DNA of 64,000 nt, taken from Methanobacteriota archaeon (lineage in GTDB: Archaea; Methanobacteriota; Methanobacteria; Methanobacteriales; Methanobacteriaceae). The notes below the pieces were generated by a model. That model was not told where the DNA came from. It saw only the letters and a program-made list of their open reading frames with translations, and ran no database searches. How positions within the stretch are numbered: position 1 is the stretch's first letter; each line of letters starts with the position of its first letter. The position numbers and the translations under genes were made by a program. Positions 9,352 through 19,698 of the stretch are shown here, in pieces. The DNA lies in the NCBI GenBank assembly GCA_963718335.1, contig CAVQYT010000007.1, positions 356,122 through 420,121 on the forward strand, read 5' to 3'.

Positions 9352-10155
9352 ATGGAAACAATTGTAGTAATACTAATGGTTGCATTATTTGTAATTTTAA
9401 TGGCATTTGTATTTTCAACGGCCCTTCTAACCCCAATAATTGGTAAAAAAAATTTATTATTTGTACTGGCCATAGGATTTGTGGTGGGAATAATTGGAGG
9501 ATTATTCTTTATTGCACCGGTGGTGGAAGATATACCTGGACTGGCCACATCTTTCTATCTTTCCACATCCAATTCAGTAGAAACATTGAACGTGGACGTT
9601 TCCAGTAATTTAGATACCAATCAGTTCATAGAAAAAACCAGAAGTCTTGATGGGGTTAAAAGCGTCACTGTTTATGGGGTAACCATAAAAACAGCGGCTT
9701 TCAGTGATAGCTGGAAGACGACATATCAAAACCGTATACCCGTAGCGGTGAAGGGGATCAAATCAGTGCAGATACCCTCCAACGATATCCTTGAAGTTCA
9801 AATTCAAGATGGGTACAACACACCAGATACAATTAAAAAACTGGAAGACTGGATGATGCTGGTCTCAGGGATTGCAGTTAGATACAGTCTGGCCCATGCG
9901 GCTGTAGAGGTGGAATCATCAAAGGTTTATTCGGTTTCCAAGGAACTATCCAAAGATGCAGTTGTTAAAGATATTAAAGGGCCGACACAGGATAAGATAA
10001 ACTTCATTAACTCCATTTTACCCAACAAGTTCAATGTGGTTCTTTTATGTGGATTTATTGGACTTTTAACCGGACTTGCCGGCGTCTTCGTGGACACCCT
10101 TATCGGTTTTATAAACAATCTCAGGGATAGGCTGAAGAAGAAGGATAAAAAATAA
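9352..10155 (+). CDS. Membrane protein, unknown function
   Basis: Two N-terminal hydrophobic helices, a ~150-aa hydrophilic middle region, one C-terminal helix and a basic tail. No motif recognised. Confidence 0.5.
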   Translation: METIVVILMVALFVILMAFVFSTALLTPIIGKKNLLFVLAIGFVVGIIGGLFFIAPVVEDIPGLATSFYLSTSNSVETLNVDVSSNLDTNQFIEKTRSLDGVKSVTVYGVTIKTAAFSDSWKTTYQNRIPVAVKGIKSVQIPSNDILEVQIQDGYNTPDTIKKLEDWMMLVSGIAVRYSLAHAAVEVESSKVYSVSKELSKDAVVKDIKGPTQDKINFINSILPNKFNVVLLCGFIGLLTGLAGVFVDTLIGFINNLRDRLKKKDKK

Positions 10156-10170
10156 TTTCAGGTTGTTAAG

Positions 10171-10851
10171 ATGGAGGTCGCAGTACTTTTTTCAGGCGGT
10201 AAAGACAGCACTATGGCCTGTTATGAAGCAATAAAAGAGGGTCATAATGTAAAATATCTCTTATCTTTAATTTCAGATAATCCCGCATCCTACATGTTTC
10301 ATGTGGCCAATATAAATATTGCAGAGCTATGTGCAGAGGCCATGGGAATAAAATTCATTAAAAAAGTAACCAAGGGAATAAAAGAAGAAGAATTAAAGGA
10401 TTTAAGCGATATTTTAAAAGAAATTAGTGATGATGGTGTTGAAGCCATTTATTCCGGTGCATTGCATTCTGTTTATCAAAAATCCAGGATTGATAGGATT
10501 TGTAAGGAACTGGGAATCCTTTCATGTGCACCCCTCTGGCACCGGGATCCTGAAGAATACATGAAATGGATAATAGATCTGGGATTTGAAGTCATCATAA
10601 CCAGTGTTTCAGCTTATGGGCTGGATGAATCATGGTTGGGTAGAAAAATAGATCATCAGGTCTTAGATGAGATCAAGAATTTAAATAATAAGTATGGTAT
10701 TCACATGGCATTTGAGGGTGGAGAGGCTGAAACGCTGGTTTTAGATGGCCCTGTTTTTAAGAAGAAAATTAAAATTGTTGAATCTGAAACTGTCTGGGAT
10801 CGGGACAGCGGATGCTTTTTAATAAAAAAGGCGGTTTTAGAGGATAAATGA
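10171..10851 (+). CDS. Diphthine--ammonia ligase-type ATP pyrophosphatase (Dph6 / MJ0570 family)
   Basis: VAVLFSGGKDST PP-loop, SAYGLDESWLGR and FEGGEAETLVLDGP. It appears colinear with the MJ0570 family. Confidence 0.8.
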   Translation: MEVAVLFSGGKDSTMACYEAIKEGHNVKYLLSLISDNPASYMFHVANINIAELCAEAMGIKFIKKVTKGIKEEELKDLSDILKEISDDGVEAIYSGALHSVYQKSRIDRICKELGILSCAPLWHRDPEEYMKWIIDLGFEVIITSVSAYGLDESWLGRKIDHQVLDEIKNLNNKYGIHMAFEGGEAETLVLDGPVFKKKIKIVESETVWDRDSGCFLIKKAVLEDK

Positions 10852-11232
10852 TCACTGGATCATGGGAGCAATGGTATCTATTAATTTTTGGGTATCCCTG
10901 GTCTTTATTGTAACTTCAATTTCGCCCAGTGGAGATAGATGTTCTTCTACCAGATTTAATACCCCTGCATATGCTGCCTGTTTACTTAATTTAAACTGAA
11001 TTATACCCTTACCTGATCCCTTTAACATCATTATCCGGGCAGCGCCCCTTATCCTACGCTCCTTTAATTCTTCCCCCAGATTTTTAATGGTCTCCATCTC
11101 ACCTGATGCACAAACGTAATCATCACCAACCTCAATTTCATAGTAATCCAGAAGGTTGGAAATTGCTTCTATGACCTTATCCCTATCTTCTGTTGGATTT
11201 ACATCTGCCCTGGCCCAAATTTCACATTTCAT
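10852..11232 (-). CDS. Small conserved archaeal protein, UPF0201 (COG1931)-like
   Basis: 126 aa, MKCEIWARADVNPTEDRDKV... Size and pattern fit the UPF0201 family. The assignment is from memory of the family, not a search. Confidence 0.5.
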   Translation of the reverse strand: MKCEIWARADVNPTEDRDKVIEAISNLLDYYEIEVGDDYVCASGEMETIKNLGEELKERRIRGAARIMMLKGSGKGIIQFKLSKQAAYAGVLNLVEEHLSPLGEIEVTIKTRDTQKLIDTIAPMIQ

Positions 11233-11246
11233 GTTTTCAAGTCCAT

Positions 11247-11783
11247 TTAAACCGCTTTTTTCAATATGTTTTTTATGGTTTTTTTAAGCTTCCATAAAGG
11301 GCCTTCGTTAACGATCATATAATCTGAAGTTGCAATAACATTACCAATACCGAAATTAAGTTCTCGATCATCCCTTTTTTTAAAAACAGATATATCAGGG
11401 GAATCATCAGATCTCTGACGTCTTTTTAACCTCATAAATCTGGTCTGGGGGCTACTGTAAACTGCAATTACCTTAAAATGGGGGAAGTGTTTTTTAAATA
11501 TCTCCACTTCTGCAGGGCTTCTAATACCCTCGATAATAAATTTTGAATTAATATTGCTTTCAGATATTATTTCTACACATCTCTGGGCAACCACATATTT
11601 TCCGTATTCCGCACGGAGTTTTACTGCAGTATCACCGATATCTGCATTTCTTTTCAATGCTTCATCCCGTATTACATCTCCCATTCGAATAACACTCATT
11701 CCCAGATTACCGGCCACCCTGGCCACCACACTTTTTCCTGATCCGGGCAGTCCTGTTACCCCCATTACCTGCATTGGTATCAC
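11247..11783 (-). CDS. P-loop nucleotide kinase, UPF0200 / CoaE-like
   Basis: GVTGLPGSGKS Walker A, GDVIRDEALKR, IEGIRSPAEVEIF and RFMRLKRRQRSDD..RDDRELNFGIGNVIATSDYMIVN, typical of archaeal UPF0200 proteins. Confidence 0.65.
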   Translation of the reverse strand: MIPMQVMGVTGLPGSGKSVVARVAGNLGMSVIRMGDVIRDEALKRNADIGDTAVKLRAEYGKYVVAQRCVEIISESNINSKFIIEGIRSPAEVEIFKKHFPHFKVIAVYSSPQTRFMRLKRRQRSDDSPDISVFKKRDDRELNFGIGNVIATSDYMIVNEGPLWKLKKTIKNILKKAV

Positions 11784-11784
11784 T

Positions 11785-12534
11785 TCACTCTAACCTCTTT
11801 ATTGATTCTAACATGACCTTTAAAGACTCTTCAAGGTTTTTTTGGTTATTGAAATTATCCCTTATATCCTTCAATTCATTCATTTTCATTTCCTTCAGTT
11901 CAATTGATTTTTTTATTAATAGTTTTATGGCCCGGGTGATATTATCCACCATGGTAATGGAAGCTTTTTTTGATGTTCTACTCATGGGATTCAGGTCTAT
12001 GGCTATTACCAGTTTTCCAGATTCAACCAGTTTTTCGGTTCTATCTCCGTCTTCAAGTGGTACCAGAATAACATCAGCGTTGTAAATTCCACCGGGGCTG
12101 ACATCACCACGAGGATGATTTATACCTTCAAGATGTATTAAATCCTCATTATCGGTTCCCAAAACATCAACAGCACCTTCTTCATTCAACAGTTTCAAGA
12201 TTGCACTCACCCTTTGGGGGTTTCTATAGAAAAGGTTGATCTCTATCTTTGCATCCAGGATCCTGGCCAGTTCCACCACTTCACCGGGAACAAGAGCAGC
12301 GGTATTGCCATTAACGGATATAACCGGATTTTCAGCCAATAATAATGCTGCAGCAGAAGCTTCAATAGATTTATAGGAAGTTTCGCTTGTTTTTTCTCCT
12401 AAAAGATAATCAAATGCTTCTCCCCTTCCATGGGCTATCATTCCTGCATCTGCCAGAATTCCCCTTCGGTGGGCATTTACAATTTTTTCCCTTAAAATAA
12501 GGGATTTGTATCGTGGATGATCCGGAGATACCAT
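11785..12534 (-). CDS. 4-phosphopantoate--beta-alanine ligase (archaeal phosphopantothenate synthetase)
   Basis: N-terminal DHPRYKSLILREKIV...AHGRGEAFDYLLGEKT, characteristic of the COG1701 PPS family. It ends 1 nt before the next gene. Confidence 0.75.
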   Translation of the reverse strand: MVSPDHPRYKSLILREKIVNAHRRGILADAGMIAHGRGEAFDYLLGEKTSETSYKSIEASAAALLLAENPVISVNGNTAALVPGEVVELARILDAKIEINLFYRNPQRVSAILKLLNEEGAVDVLGTDNEDLIHLEGINHPRGDVSPGGIYNADVILVPLEDGDRTEKLVESGKLVIAIDLNPMSRTSKKASITMVDNITRAIKLLIKKSIELKEMKMNELKDIRDNFNNQKNLEESLKVMLESIKRLE

Positions 12535-12863
12535 TTAATCACTCTGTTTGATATGAATGAGTTCTTGGATTATTAAATAACTTAACACTTATTAAAATCT
12601 GTAATTGAGACCATATAAAATTGTTTTTATTTTAGATTTGATTCTGTTTGAATTGTGTTGATAAGTTTAATATATTAGTTTTATAAAAGTAATGATGACC
12701 CCAGAAAAATTTAAGAGGTTAAAGAAATAAGATTCTGAAAATACACGATTTTTGATACATACAAAACTGAAAGTTTTGTAGCCGTAAAAACCAGTGGTTT
12801 TTGCTTGTTACCAACATAATTGGTTCTGAAACCACCAAAATCAAGATTTTGGAGGGGCTGGAT

Positions 12864-13157
12864 ATGAAAGATACAATAGAAATAAAAAGAGATGATCATG
12901 AGGAAACTTCCAGTGAAAGAGTTGAGAAGAGACCTTTAAGAAATGAAAAACAGGAAAGGAAAAAACCAGAGAAAAGGAAACCTAGAAGAAGTAATACAAA
13001 AAAAGCAGGCATCATTATAAGTATTGCTTTTATAATCGCTGGTTTAATATGGTATGGCGTTAATATAGGGCTTATTCCTACCCAGTTCATCGTTCAACAG
13101 GCAGGACCCATATTGATCGTTATTCTGGGATTATTAATTTTAATCAAGTCCCTGTGA
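12864..13157 (+). CDS. Small membrane protein, unknown function
   Basis: ATG at 12864 follows GGAGGGG. It has a highly basic/acidic N-terminal half (KRPLRNEKQERKKPEKRKPRR) and two C-terminal hydrophobic helices. Confidence 0.4.
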   Translation: MKDTIEIKRDDHEETSSERVEKRPLRNEKQERKKPEKRKPRRSNTKKAGIIISIAFIIAGLIWYGVNIGLIPTQFIVQQAGPILIVILGLLILIKSL

Positions 13158-13199
13158 TGGGGCACCATACATATGATTTATCACTAAAGAGGCTTTTAA

Positions 13200-14243
13200 A
13201 TGACCGACTTGTTAGAAAAACTGTCCAATGCTCCAGGAGTATCTGGCTTTGAAGAAGAGATCCGTAATATAATGACCCTTGAATTAAAGGGTCACGTTGA
13301 TGAGATAGAGATTGACAACATGGGTAATCTGATTGCAACCAAGAAAGGCAAGAGGAAAGCTAAAAAAATAATGCTAGCTGCCCATATGGATGAAATAGGG
13401 TTGATGGTGCGTTTTATTGATAAAGAGGGATTTATAAAGTTTTCTAAAATAGGTGGAATAAACGATCAGATGCTTCTAAATCAGGAAGTCATTATCCACA
13501 CTGAAGGGGAGAAGGTACTGGGAGTCATTGGGGCCAAGCCACCACACAGGATGAAAGCTGCCGAGAAAAAGAAGGTGGTTGATCATGAAAATATGTTCAT
13601 CGATATTGGAGCTTCAAAGAAAGATGCAGAGAAGCTGGTAAGTATTGGAGATCCAATCACCATAAAACACACCTTTTCCAATCTCCAGGGAAATCTGGTA
13701 ACAGGTAAGGCATTTGACAACAGAGTTGGTTGTTACGTTCTGATAGAAGCTATAAAACGCGCTAAAACCGATGCAACCATCATCGGTGTAGGTACCGTTC
13801 AAGAAGAGGTTGGTCTGAAGGGTGCCAGAACTTCAGCATTTAAAATTAATCCAGATCTGGCCATAGCACTTGATGTGACCATAGCTGGAGATCATCCGGG
13901 GATAAAATTGGAGGAAGCTCCAGTAAAAATAAACAGTGGTCCAGCCATAATACTCACTGATGCCAGCGGTAGAGGGTTAATCACACACCCCAAAGTAAAA
14001 AAACTGCTCATAGATACGGCCGTTCAAGAAGAAATTCCTCATCAGCTTGAAGTAGGTGAGGGAGGAACCACTGATGCGACTGCAATTCATTTAACCAGGG
14101 AAGGTATAGCTACAGGAGTTTTATCGGTTCCCACCAGGTACATACACACCCCGGTGGAAGTGGTAAGTCTTGAAGATATAGAAAACACAATCAATCTTCT
14201 GGTGGCAGCATTAGAAAGTTTTACAGATAAAAATCCTCTTTAA
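13200..14243 (+). CDS. M42 family metallopeptidase (TET/FrvX-type aminopeptidase)
   Basis: [42 protein letters not shown] and the length fit the M42 family. Confidence 0.85.
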   Translation: MTDLLEKLSNAPGVSGFEEEIRNIMTLELKGHVDEIEIDNMGNLIATKKGKRKAKKIMLAAHMDEIGLMVRFIDKEGFIKFSKIGGINDQMLLNQEVIIHTEGEKVLGVIGAKPPHRMKAAEKKKVVDHENMFIDIGASKKDAEKLVSIGDPITIKHTFSNLQGNLVTGKAFDNRVGCYVLIEAIKRAKTDATIIGVGTVQEEVGLKGARTSAFKINPDLAIALDVTIAGDHPGIKLEEAPVKINSGPAIILTDASGRGLITHPKVKKLLIDTAVQEEIPHQLEVGEGGTTDATAIHLTREGIATGVLSVPTRYIHTPVEVVSLEDIENTINLLVAALESFTDKNPL

Positions 14244-14974
14244 ATATTTTCTTCGTCTCCAGATAATATTTCCAGTCCATTGGAGTTTATTTCATAGGTC
14301 ATGAATTGGGTGGGGGTACGTGTACTTCTCATCTTAACGATGTCCATAATCCTTTCCCTTCTACCAGTATATGGATTTTCACGTTTCATGAGTCTGATAG
14401 CCCCATAAACTGGAAATAGGGCAAGTTCATTGAATTCGTTGGAGGTGGCACTGTCCAGTATGATCAGAGCTGTGATGTCTCTTTTTTTTAATTCAAAAAC
14501 CAGATGATCGAAACGATTTCTAAACTCATAGGGCGTTAGTTTAGCGGTGTAATTTCCTAAATTATCAATAACAACAACGTTAAAATCAGGGGGTATATAT
14601 TCCAGTATTTTGGTAAAGCTTCCCTTCATGGTATCGATGTCTATGCTTATCTCTGCTTCGGTGACCTTTGCTCTGACTCCAGCCAGTTCAATGAATTTCA
14701 AGAGATCTTTTTCTTTGTACTCTCCTAAATTCCAGTTGAAGGTGTCTCCCTGCATATTGAGGTCATAAGCATCTTCTTCAGTGGTTATATACGCGGTTTT
14801 AAGCCCCTTTTCGCAGCTATTTTTTGCAAATTGGAGTCCGAATATAGTTTTTCCTGAACCAGCATCACCAGTGATGAGCATGGTTCTTCCCTTTGGAAAT
14901 CCACCTGTAATTTGGTCAAATATTGATATTCCTGTTTTTATCCTTTCCATTTCATATCTCCTTTTATGATACAT
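14240..14974 (-). CDS. KaiC-like RecA-superfamily ATPase (single domain)
   Basis: [40 protein letters not shown], a KaiC/RadA-type Walker A context. An alternative start is ATG 14950 (MERIK). It lies directly downstream of the response regulator. Confidence 0.8.
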   Translation of the reverse strand: MYHKRRYEMERIKTGISIFDQITGGFPKGRTMLITGDAGSGKTIFGLQFAKNSCEKGLKTAYITTEEDAYDLNMQGDTFNWNLGEYKEKDLLKFIELAGVRAKVTEAEISIDIDTMKGSFTKILEYIPPDFNVVVIDNLGNYTAKLTPYEFRNRFDHLVFELKKRDITALIILDSATSNEFNELALFPVYGAIRLMKRENPYTGRRERIMDIVKMRSTRTPTQFMTYEINSNGLEILSGDEENI

Positions 14975-14987
14975 GGATTATAATCAT

Positions 14988-16274
14988 TTAAAACCTATTA
15001 TCTTTATTCAATAATTCATTGAAGTTATTTGAGTTCCCCTCAGTGGATATATTGAACTGGAACATACATCCATCATTTCCATCAGCCATACTTGAAATCT
15101 GTTCCACATGTCCTTTAATTGATGTCCATGTAAAACTGCGAATCACAATGATCCTGCAGATCAAACAGAACATGGGGCTGTACTTGGCCTCATTTTCCCA
15201 TGGGCAGTTGGTAAAGGTTATGGTGTTGTCGGATACCGGTGCCTTCTCCACATCGATACCTAAGTTGGATAAGAATTCTTCTATCCATTCCATATAACAG
15301 TGGAAATTTTCCAGAGTTTCATGGGTAAAATTGATGCATTTGGCAAAATCTCTTTCAAAGCCGGGTCTCATATTTTTTTCAAAACGGTCAGCAAAACTTT
15401 TGGCGATGTTATTTCTTATCTGGGGAGGAATGTTAGATGCAAAAACGGGCATGGCACTTAGAAGAAAACCAAAAAGTTCACTTCTGGCCTTTTCCTTCAG
15501 TAACTGCTCCCTTTCTTTTTCAGCTTTTTTACGCTGACTGATATCCTGAAAAACCAGCACAACTCCTGTATTATGGTTATTATCATCTATTATAGGGGCA
15601 TTGGTACTGTTAATATGTATTTTATTCCCATATTTGTTTACCAAAATAATATTTTCATTGATGTTGCTTATTAAATTATTTAAGGATAAATCAATTGATT
15701 CTGCAGTATCTGCATTATATATCTGCATGATTTCATGGATAGGATTTCCAATTGCTTCATCCTGTTCCCAGCCCGTTAATTTTTGGGCAATGGGATTCAT
15801 GAAGGTAATTTTTCCCTCTTCATCTGTGGTTATAACGGCCTCACCAATACTTTCCAGTGTTGTATAAAGCCATTTTTCATTAGCCCTTAATTTACTTTCC
15901 ATTTCATGTTTGTAAAGGGCCACTTCAATGGCACTGTGTAATTCACGATCTTCAAATGGTTTAATAATGTAGCCAAATGGACCGGTTATCTTGGCTCTTT
16001 TTAAGGTTTTTTCATCAGAATAAGCAGTTAAATATACCACAGGGATGTTATATCTGTCTTTAATTACTTGAGCAGCTTTAATACCATCTACTTCTCCTCT
16101 TAAAACTATATCCATCAAAACTAAATCAGGTGATATTTGTAAAGCTTTTTCTATTGCTTCTTCTCCTGAGGATATTATTTCTGGAACTTGATAGTTCATA
16201 TTCTCAAGTCTACGTTTAATATCCATAGCTACTATACTTTCATCTTCTACCACAAGAATTTTAACAGGAAACAT
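14988..16274 (-). CDS. Response regulator: receiver + PAS + Cys-containing C-terminal output region
   Basis: Receiver: [31 protein letters not shown]: [29 protein letters not shown]. The C-terminal ~170 aa carries CPWENE..FCLICR, reminiscent of methanogen-specific output domains. The output-domain assignment is uncertain. Confidence 0.85.
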   Translation of the reverse strand: MFPVKILVVEDESIVAMDIKRRLENMNYQVPEIISSGEEAIEKALQISPDLVLMDIVLRGEVDGIKAAQVIKDRYNIPVVYLTAYSDEKTLKRAKITGPFGYIIKPFEDRELHSAIEVALYKHEMESKLRANEKWLYTTLESIGEAVITTDEEGKITFMNPIAQKLTGWEQDEAIGNPIHEIMQIYNADTAESIDLSLNNLISNINENIILVNKYGNKIHINSTNAPIIDDNNHNTGVVLVFQDISQRKKAEKEREQLLKEKARSELFGFLLSAMPVFASNIPPQIRNNIAKSFADRFEKNMRPGFERDFAKCINFTHETLENFHCYMEWIEEFLSNLGIDVEKAPVSDNTITFTNCPWENEAKYSPMFCLICRIIVIRSFTWTSIKGHVEQISSMADGNDGCMFQFNISTEGNSNNFNELLNKDNRF

Positions 16275-16353
16275 ATCAAATGTAATTTTAATAATTTACA
16301 TATATTAATTTATGCATCTAATTTCTGATTTTCCTTCAAAATAGATTAGAAAC

Positions 16354-18114
16354 CTATATTTTTTGATCATGTAGATGATTGTAAATCACCCTTGCTAAAT
16401 CTTTATTAATCCCCTTAACCCCAGCAATCTCATTGATGTCTGCCTTTTTTATTTTTTCTACATCCCCGAAATGCTTCAGTAAATTTATTTTCCTTCTTTC
16501 CCCTATTCCTTTAATTTCATCAAGTACGGAATGTTTTAACCCTTTAGATCTTAATTTTTTATGATAACTAACTGCAAAACGATGTGCTTCATCCCTGATC
16601 CTTTGCAGGAGATGTAATGCTTCCGAGTTACGCGGCAGGATAACTGGATCTGATATTCCAGGTACGAAAACATGTTCAAATTCTTTAGCCAGGCCAATTA
16701 CAGGTATATCCAGCTTCAGGGATTTAAGAACGCTTAAAGCTGCATTCAACTGCCCCTTTCCACCGTCCACAAGTATGAGCTGTGGGGTTTCATCAACCTC
16801 TCTAATTTTTGAATATCTTCTGGAAAGTACATTTTTCATCATGGCGTAATCGTCAGGGCCGTCCATCTTTATTTTATATTTACGATAATTGCTTTTTTTA
16901 GGCATGGCATCAATAAAAACCACCATGGATCCAACGGAATGTTTCCCACTTAAATTGGATATATCGAATGCTTCAATGTACCTTGGAATTTTGGGTAGAT
17001 TGAGATATTTTTGTAGTTGGAACATGGCACCTCTAACTTCTCTTTCCTGATTTTTAATTATTTCAGCATTTTTAGCCACCATCTGAACCAGACGGCCTTC
17101 AGTATCATTTTCAGGGACTCTTAAACTCACCTCATCCCCTCTGTTTTCAGATAACCATTCAATTATGATCTTTTCATCGTATGGTCTGTATTCAATTATA
17201 ATCTCTCGGGGAATATGCCGGGGAGTCATATAATACTGTTTGCAGAATGCAGAGAGTATTTTTTGAGGGGTAGTGCCTTCTGTACCGCTCATTAAAAAGT
17301 CATCTTTTCCCACAATCTTCCCCTCCCTGATGGAGAAAACAACCACAACCGCTACTTTTTCATCAAAGGCACAGCCTATTAAATCCTGTTCAAGGCCTCT
17401 GTTAAATTCTATCTTCTGTTTTTCCAGAATCCCATCCACCGATGTGATCTGATCCCTTAAAACCGCTGCTTTTTCAAATTCATTGTTACTGGCGGCTTCA
17501 ACCATCATATCATTAAGCATCTCAATTAGCTCGCTGTACTTACCCTCAAAAAATAGATTGATCCTATCTATCATCTGATTATAAGATTTTTTAGATATTT
17601 TACCATCACAGGGGGCATTGCAAAGATTTATCTGATAATTGAGACATGGTCCATCCATTTTTTTACATTCTCTTATTTTAAATAGAGATTTCAATGATTT
17701 AACCATGCTCCTAATTGATCCAGCATCGGTAAAGGGACCGTAGTAATATGAACCATCATCCATAACATTTCGGGTAATCAGTATCCGGGGAAAATCTTCG
17801 TTGGTTATCTTGATGTAGGGGTAACGTTTATCATCTTTTAATCGTATGTTGTAACGTGGTTTGTACTTCTTGATTAAATTGGACTCCAGGATTAGGGCTT
17901 CTTTTTCAGTATCAGTAATTATATATTCCATGTTATGGAAATGGCTCATCAAAAGCCTGGTTTTTAGGGGTTGTTCACCAGAAAAATAGGATCGCACCCT
18001 TTTTTTTAGGGATTTTGCTTTCCCTACGTAGAGTACTTCATCATCTATGTTACGCATTATGTAAACGCCGGGTTTATCAGGCAAGTTATCGGGTTTGGTG
18101 TAACGATGGGGCAT
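16354..18114 (-). CDS. uvrC: Excinuclease ABC subunit C
   Basis: GIY-YIG N-terminus GVYIMRNIDDEVLYVGKAKSLKKRVRSYF, a UVR domain (FEKAAVLRDQI), an endonuclease V-like region and C-terminal HhH. Confidence 0.95.
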   Translation of the reverse strand: MPHRYTKPDNLPDKPGVYIMRNIDDEVLYVGKAKSLKKRVRSYFSGEQPLKTRLLMSHFHNMEYIITDTEKEALILESNLIKKYKPRYNIRLKDDKRYPYIKITNEDFPRILITRNVMDDGSYYYGPFTDAGSIRSMVKSLKSLFKIRECKKMDGPCLNYQINLCNAPCDGKISKKSYNQMIDRINLFFEGKYSELIEMLNDMMVEAASNNEFEKAAVLRDQITSVDGILEKQKIEFNRGLEQDLIGCAFDEKVAVVVVFSIREGKIVGKDDFLMSGTEGTTPQKILSAFCKQYYMTPRHIPREIIIEYRPYDEKIIIEWLSENRGDEVSLRVPENDTEGRLVQMVAKNAEIIKNQEREVRGAMFQLQKYLNLPKIPRYIEAFDISNLSGKHSVGSMVVFIDAMPKKSNYRKYKIKMDGPDDYAMMKNVLSRRYSKIREVDETPQLILVDGGKGQLNAALSVLKSLKLDIPVIGLAKEFEHVFVPGISDPVILPRNSEALHLLQRIRDEAHRFAVSYHKKLRSKGLKHSVLDEIKGIGERRKINLLKHFGDVEKIKKADINEIAGVKGINKDLARVIYNHLHDQKI

Positions 18115-18155
18115 TTAATCGACTCAGTTTTTTTAAAGAACAAAAAAAATAAGGA

Positions 18156-18986
18156 TTAAGGGAGTTTAATATCTTCTCTTGATGAGGGATAAGCCACTCC
18201 CGGTCTTTTAGAGGCGAAGGAATTTTCAAGGTCATGGTGCATTCTACGGGCAATACCAACTGGTATGCCCAAGGCCATGAAATTAGGTGGAAACCATGAA
18301 TTTCCAGTAGGATCAACGGGACCAACAAATGCAGTATTGGGGGGAGTTTTTTCAGCCATTGCAGCAGGATAGGTAACAAAAGTAGCGCATGCTGGTCCAA
18401 AGGGCATCTTGATAGTTTCAAATGGGTTTTTTGCACTGAAATGGATTAGACTGCTTAGATTTCGTATCTGTTCCCCATTACCAAAGCAAAGGAAAGATTT
18501 TACATCTCTCTCATCTCCAACTTCATCACACTTTTCAATGATCAAATACTTTCCAGGTGTTTTAATTTTTCCAATGGATCTCTGAAACTCCTCCACCAGT
18601 TCAGGGCTGGCCTTCAAATATTCAGCTTCCCCACCTCTAAATTTGGGATTACCAGTGGAAACAAAGTATTTAATGAATTCAAGAGGTTCCTTAAATCCCA
18701 TATAGGTCATTGCTCCAGGACAGCATCCTCTTAGACTATCATTTCCCAGATATATGGGAGGGGCTTTTTTATCCATTGCATTCATTAAAATGGATTTGGC
18801 CACGCATCCATCATTAGAACACATTGGAGTGGATTTGGGGGGTAAATTATGTGAACCATATACAGCCAGCGGAAATGTATCCAGTCTTGCAGCCTTTTTA
18901 AGGCTTGCACCGATTTGTTTTATGGAAGCATTTGATATCTTCATCACCTTTTTTTTAATTATATATATAAACATCTTCTTAACCAC
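18156..18986 (-). CDS. Conserved hypothetical protein, possibly DUF169 family
   Basis: A ~260-aa soluble protein with Cys-containing segments (GCCPGAMTYMGF, GPACATFV). The likely start is MKISNAS at 18944. The family call is tentative. Confidence 0.45.
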   Translation of the reverse strand: MVKKMFIYIIKKKVMKISNASIKQIGASLKKAARLDTFPLAVYGSHNLPPKSTPMCSNDGCVAKSILMNAMDKKAPPIYLGNDSLRGCCPGAMTYMGFKEPLEFIKYFVSTGNPKFRGGEAEYLKASPELVEEFQRSIGKIKTPGKYLIIEKCDEVGDERDVKSFLCFGNGEQIRNLSSLIHFSAKNPFETIKMPFGPACATFVTYPAAMAEKTPPNTAFVGPVDPTGNSWFPPNFMALGIPVGIARRMHHDLENSFASKRPGVAYPSSREDIKLP

Positions 18987-19051
18987 TATTAATCATTTTC
19001 ACCAACTTTTTATATGGTTTCAATTAAAATACAATAGTGGAGGAATAATGC

Positions 19052-19210
19052 ATGGATTTTAGATTAAAAAATGCCATATTAATCATTGTGGGCTTAATAG
19101 GAATTTACAGTGCACTTTTTACCCAACGTTCCTTCATGGTGTTTTTGATACTACTGGTTGCTGGTTTGTTTCTACTGTTATCTGGAATTTACAACCTTTA
19201 CCGCAGTTGA
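19052..19210 (+). CDS. Possible 52-aa two-helix membrane peptide (below the ORF-track cutoff)
   Basis: ATG 19052 lies 8 nt after GGAGGA. The translation is MDFRLKNAILIIVGLIGIYSALFTQRSFMVFLILLVAGLFLLLSGIYNLYRS, ending at TGA 19208-19210. Confidence 0.3.
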   Translation: MDFRLKNAILIIVGLIGIYSALFTQRSFMVFLILLVAGLFLLLSGIYNLYRS

Positions 19211-19254
19211 TTAACTTACAAAACAACTGGATAAACCCATTTGATGTGATTAAG

Positions 19255-19698
19255 ATGCGAAAAATTCTTTTAATATCAATTTTTATTCTTTTAATGCTGA
19301 TATTTGTTTGTGGATGTTTATCATCATCCAAACAGTATGATAACAGTAAATTTTCATTTTCCTATCCAGTAACCTTCAAAGTAAATGAGACCAATGAGGT
19401 GGTAAGCATAAAAAGTACGGATATAAGGAAAGGTAGTGTTTATACCCGTAATTTAACCGATACATCATCAGGGACAGTTGAGAACTTCCTTAAATCTAAC
19501 TGGGGGAATTTTAACTGGAATGGGTCCCAGCAATTAAATGGAAATACTTATTATGGAGGTTTTATTAAGGATGAAAAGCTTGATTACAATGTGGGTGTAT
19601 TTTTAAAGGGAAATACTCTTTACATCATTGAAATTGATGGTAATTCAGAAGCTACCAGAGGTTTTAATCAAATGAGGGATACTTTTAAAATTAAGTGA
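19255..19698 (+). CDS. Putative lipoprotein / secreted protein, unknown function
   Basis: The ATG at 19255 gives MRKILLISIFILLMLIFVCGCLSSS, a signal peptide with a lipobox-like Cys. The TTG-extended track ORF from 19207 is unlikely. Confidence 0.5.
   Translation: MRKILLISIFILLMLIFVCGCLSSSKQYDNSKFSFSYPVTFKVNETNEVVSIKSTDIRKGSVYTRNLTDTSSGTVENFLKSNWGNFNWNGSQQLNGNTYYGGFIKDEKLDYNVGVFLKGNTLYIIEIDGNSEATRGFNQMRDTFKIK

Noticed and set aside
18086-18436. A 116-aa ORF bridges the uvrC start and the 3' end of the DUF169-like gene.
   Set aside because: It overlaps two better-supported genes on the same strand in another frame, and its composition (Leu/Pro/His-rich) is not protein-like.
19207-19254. A TTG-initiated N-terminal extension of the lipoprotein-like gene (MINLQNNWINPFDVIK..).
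   Set aside because: The internal ATG at 19255 yields a canonical signal peptide with a Cys lipobox. The extension also overlaps the stop of the small upstream ORF.
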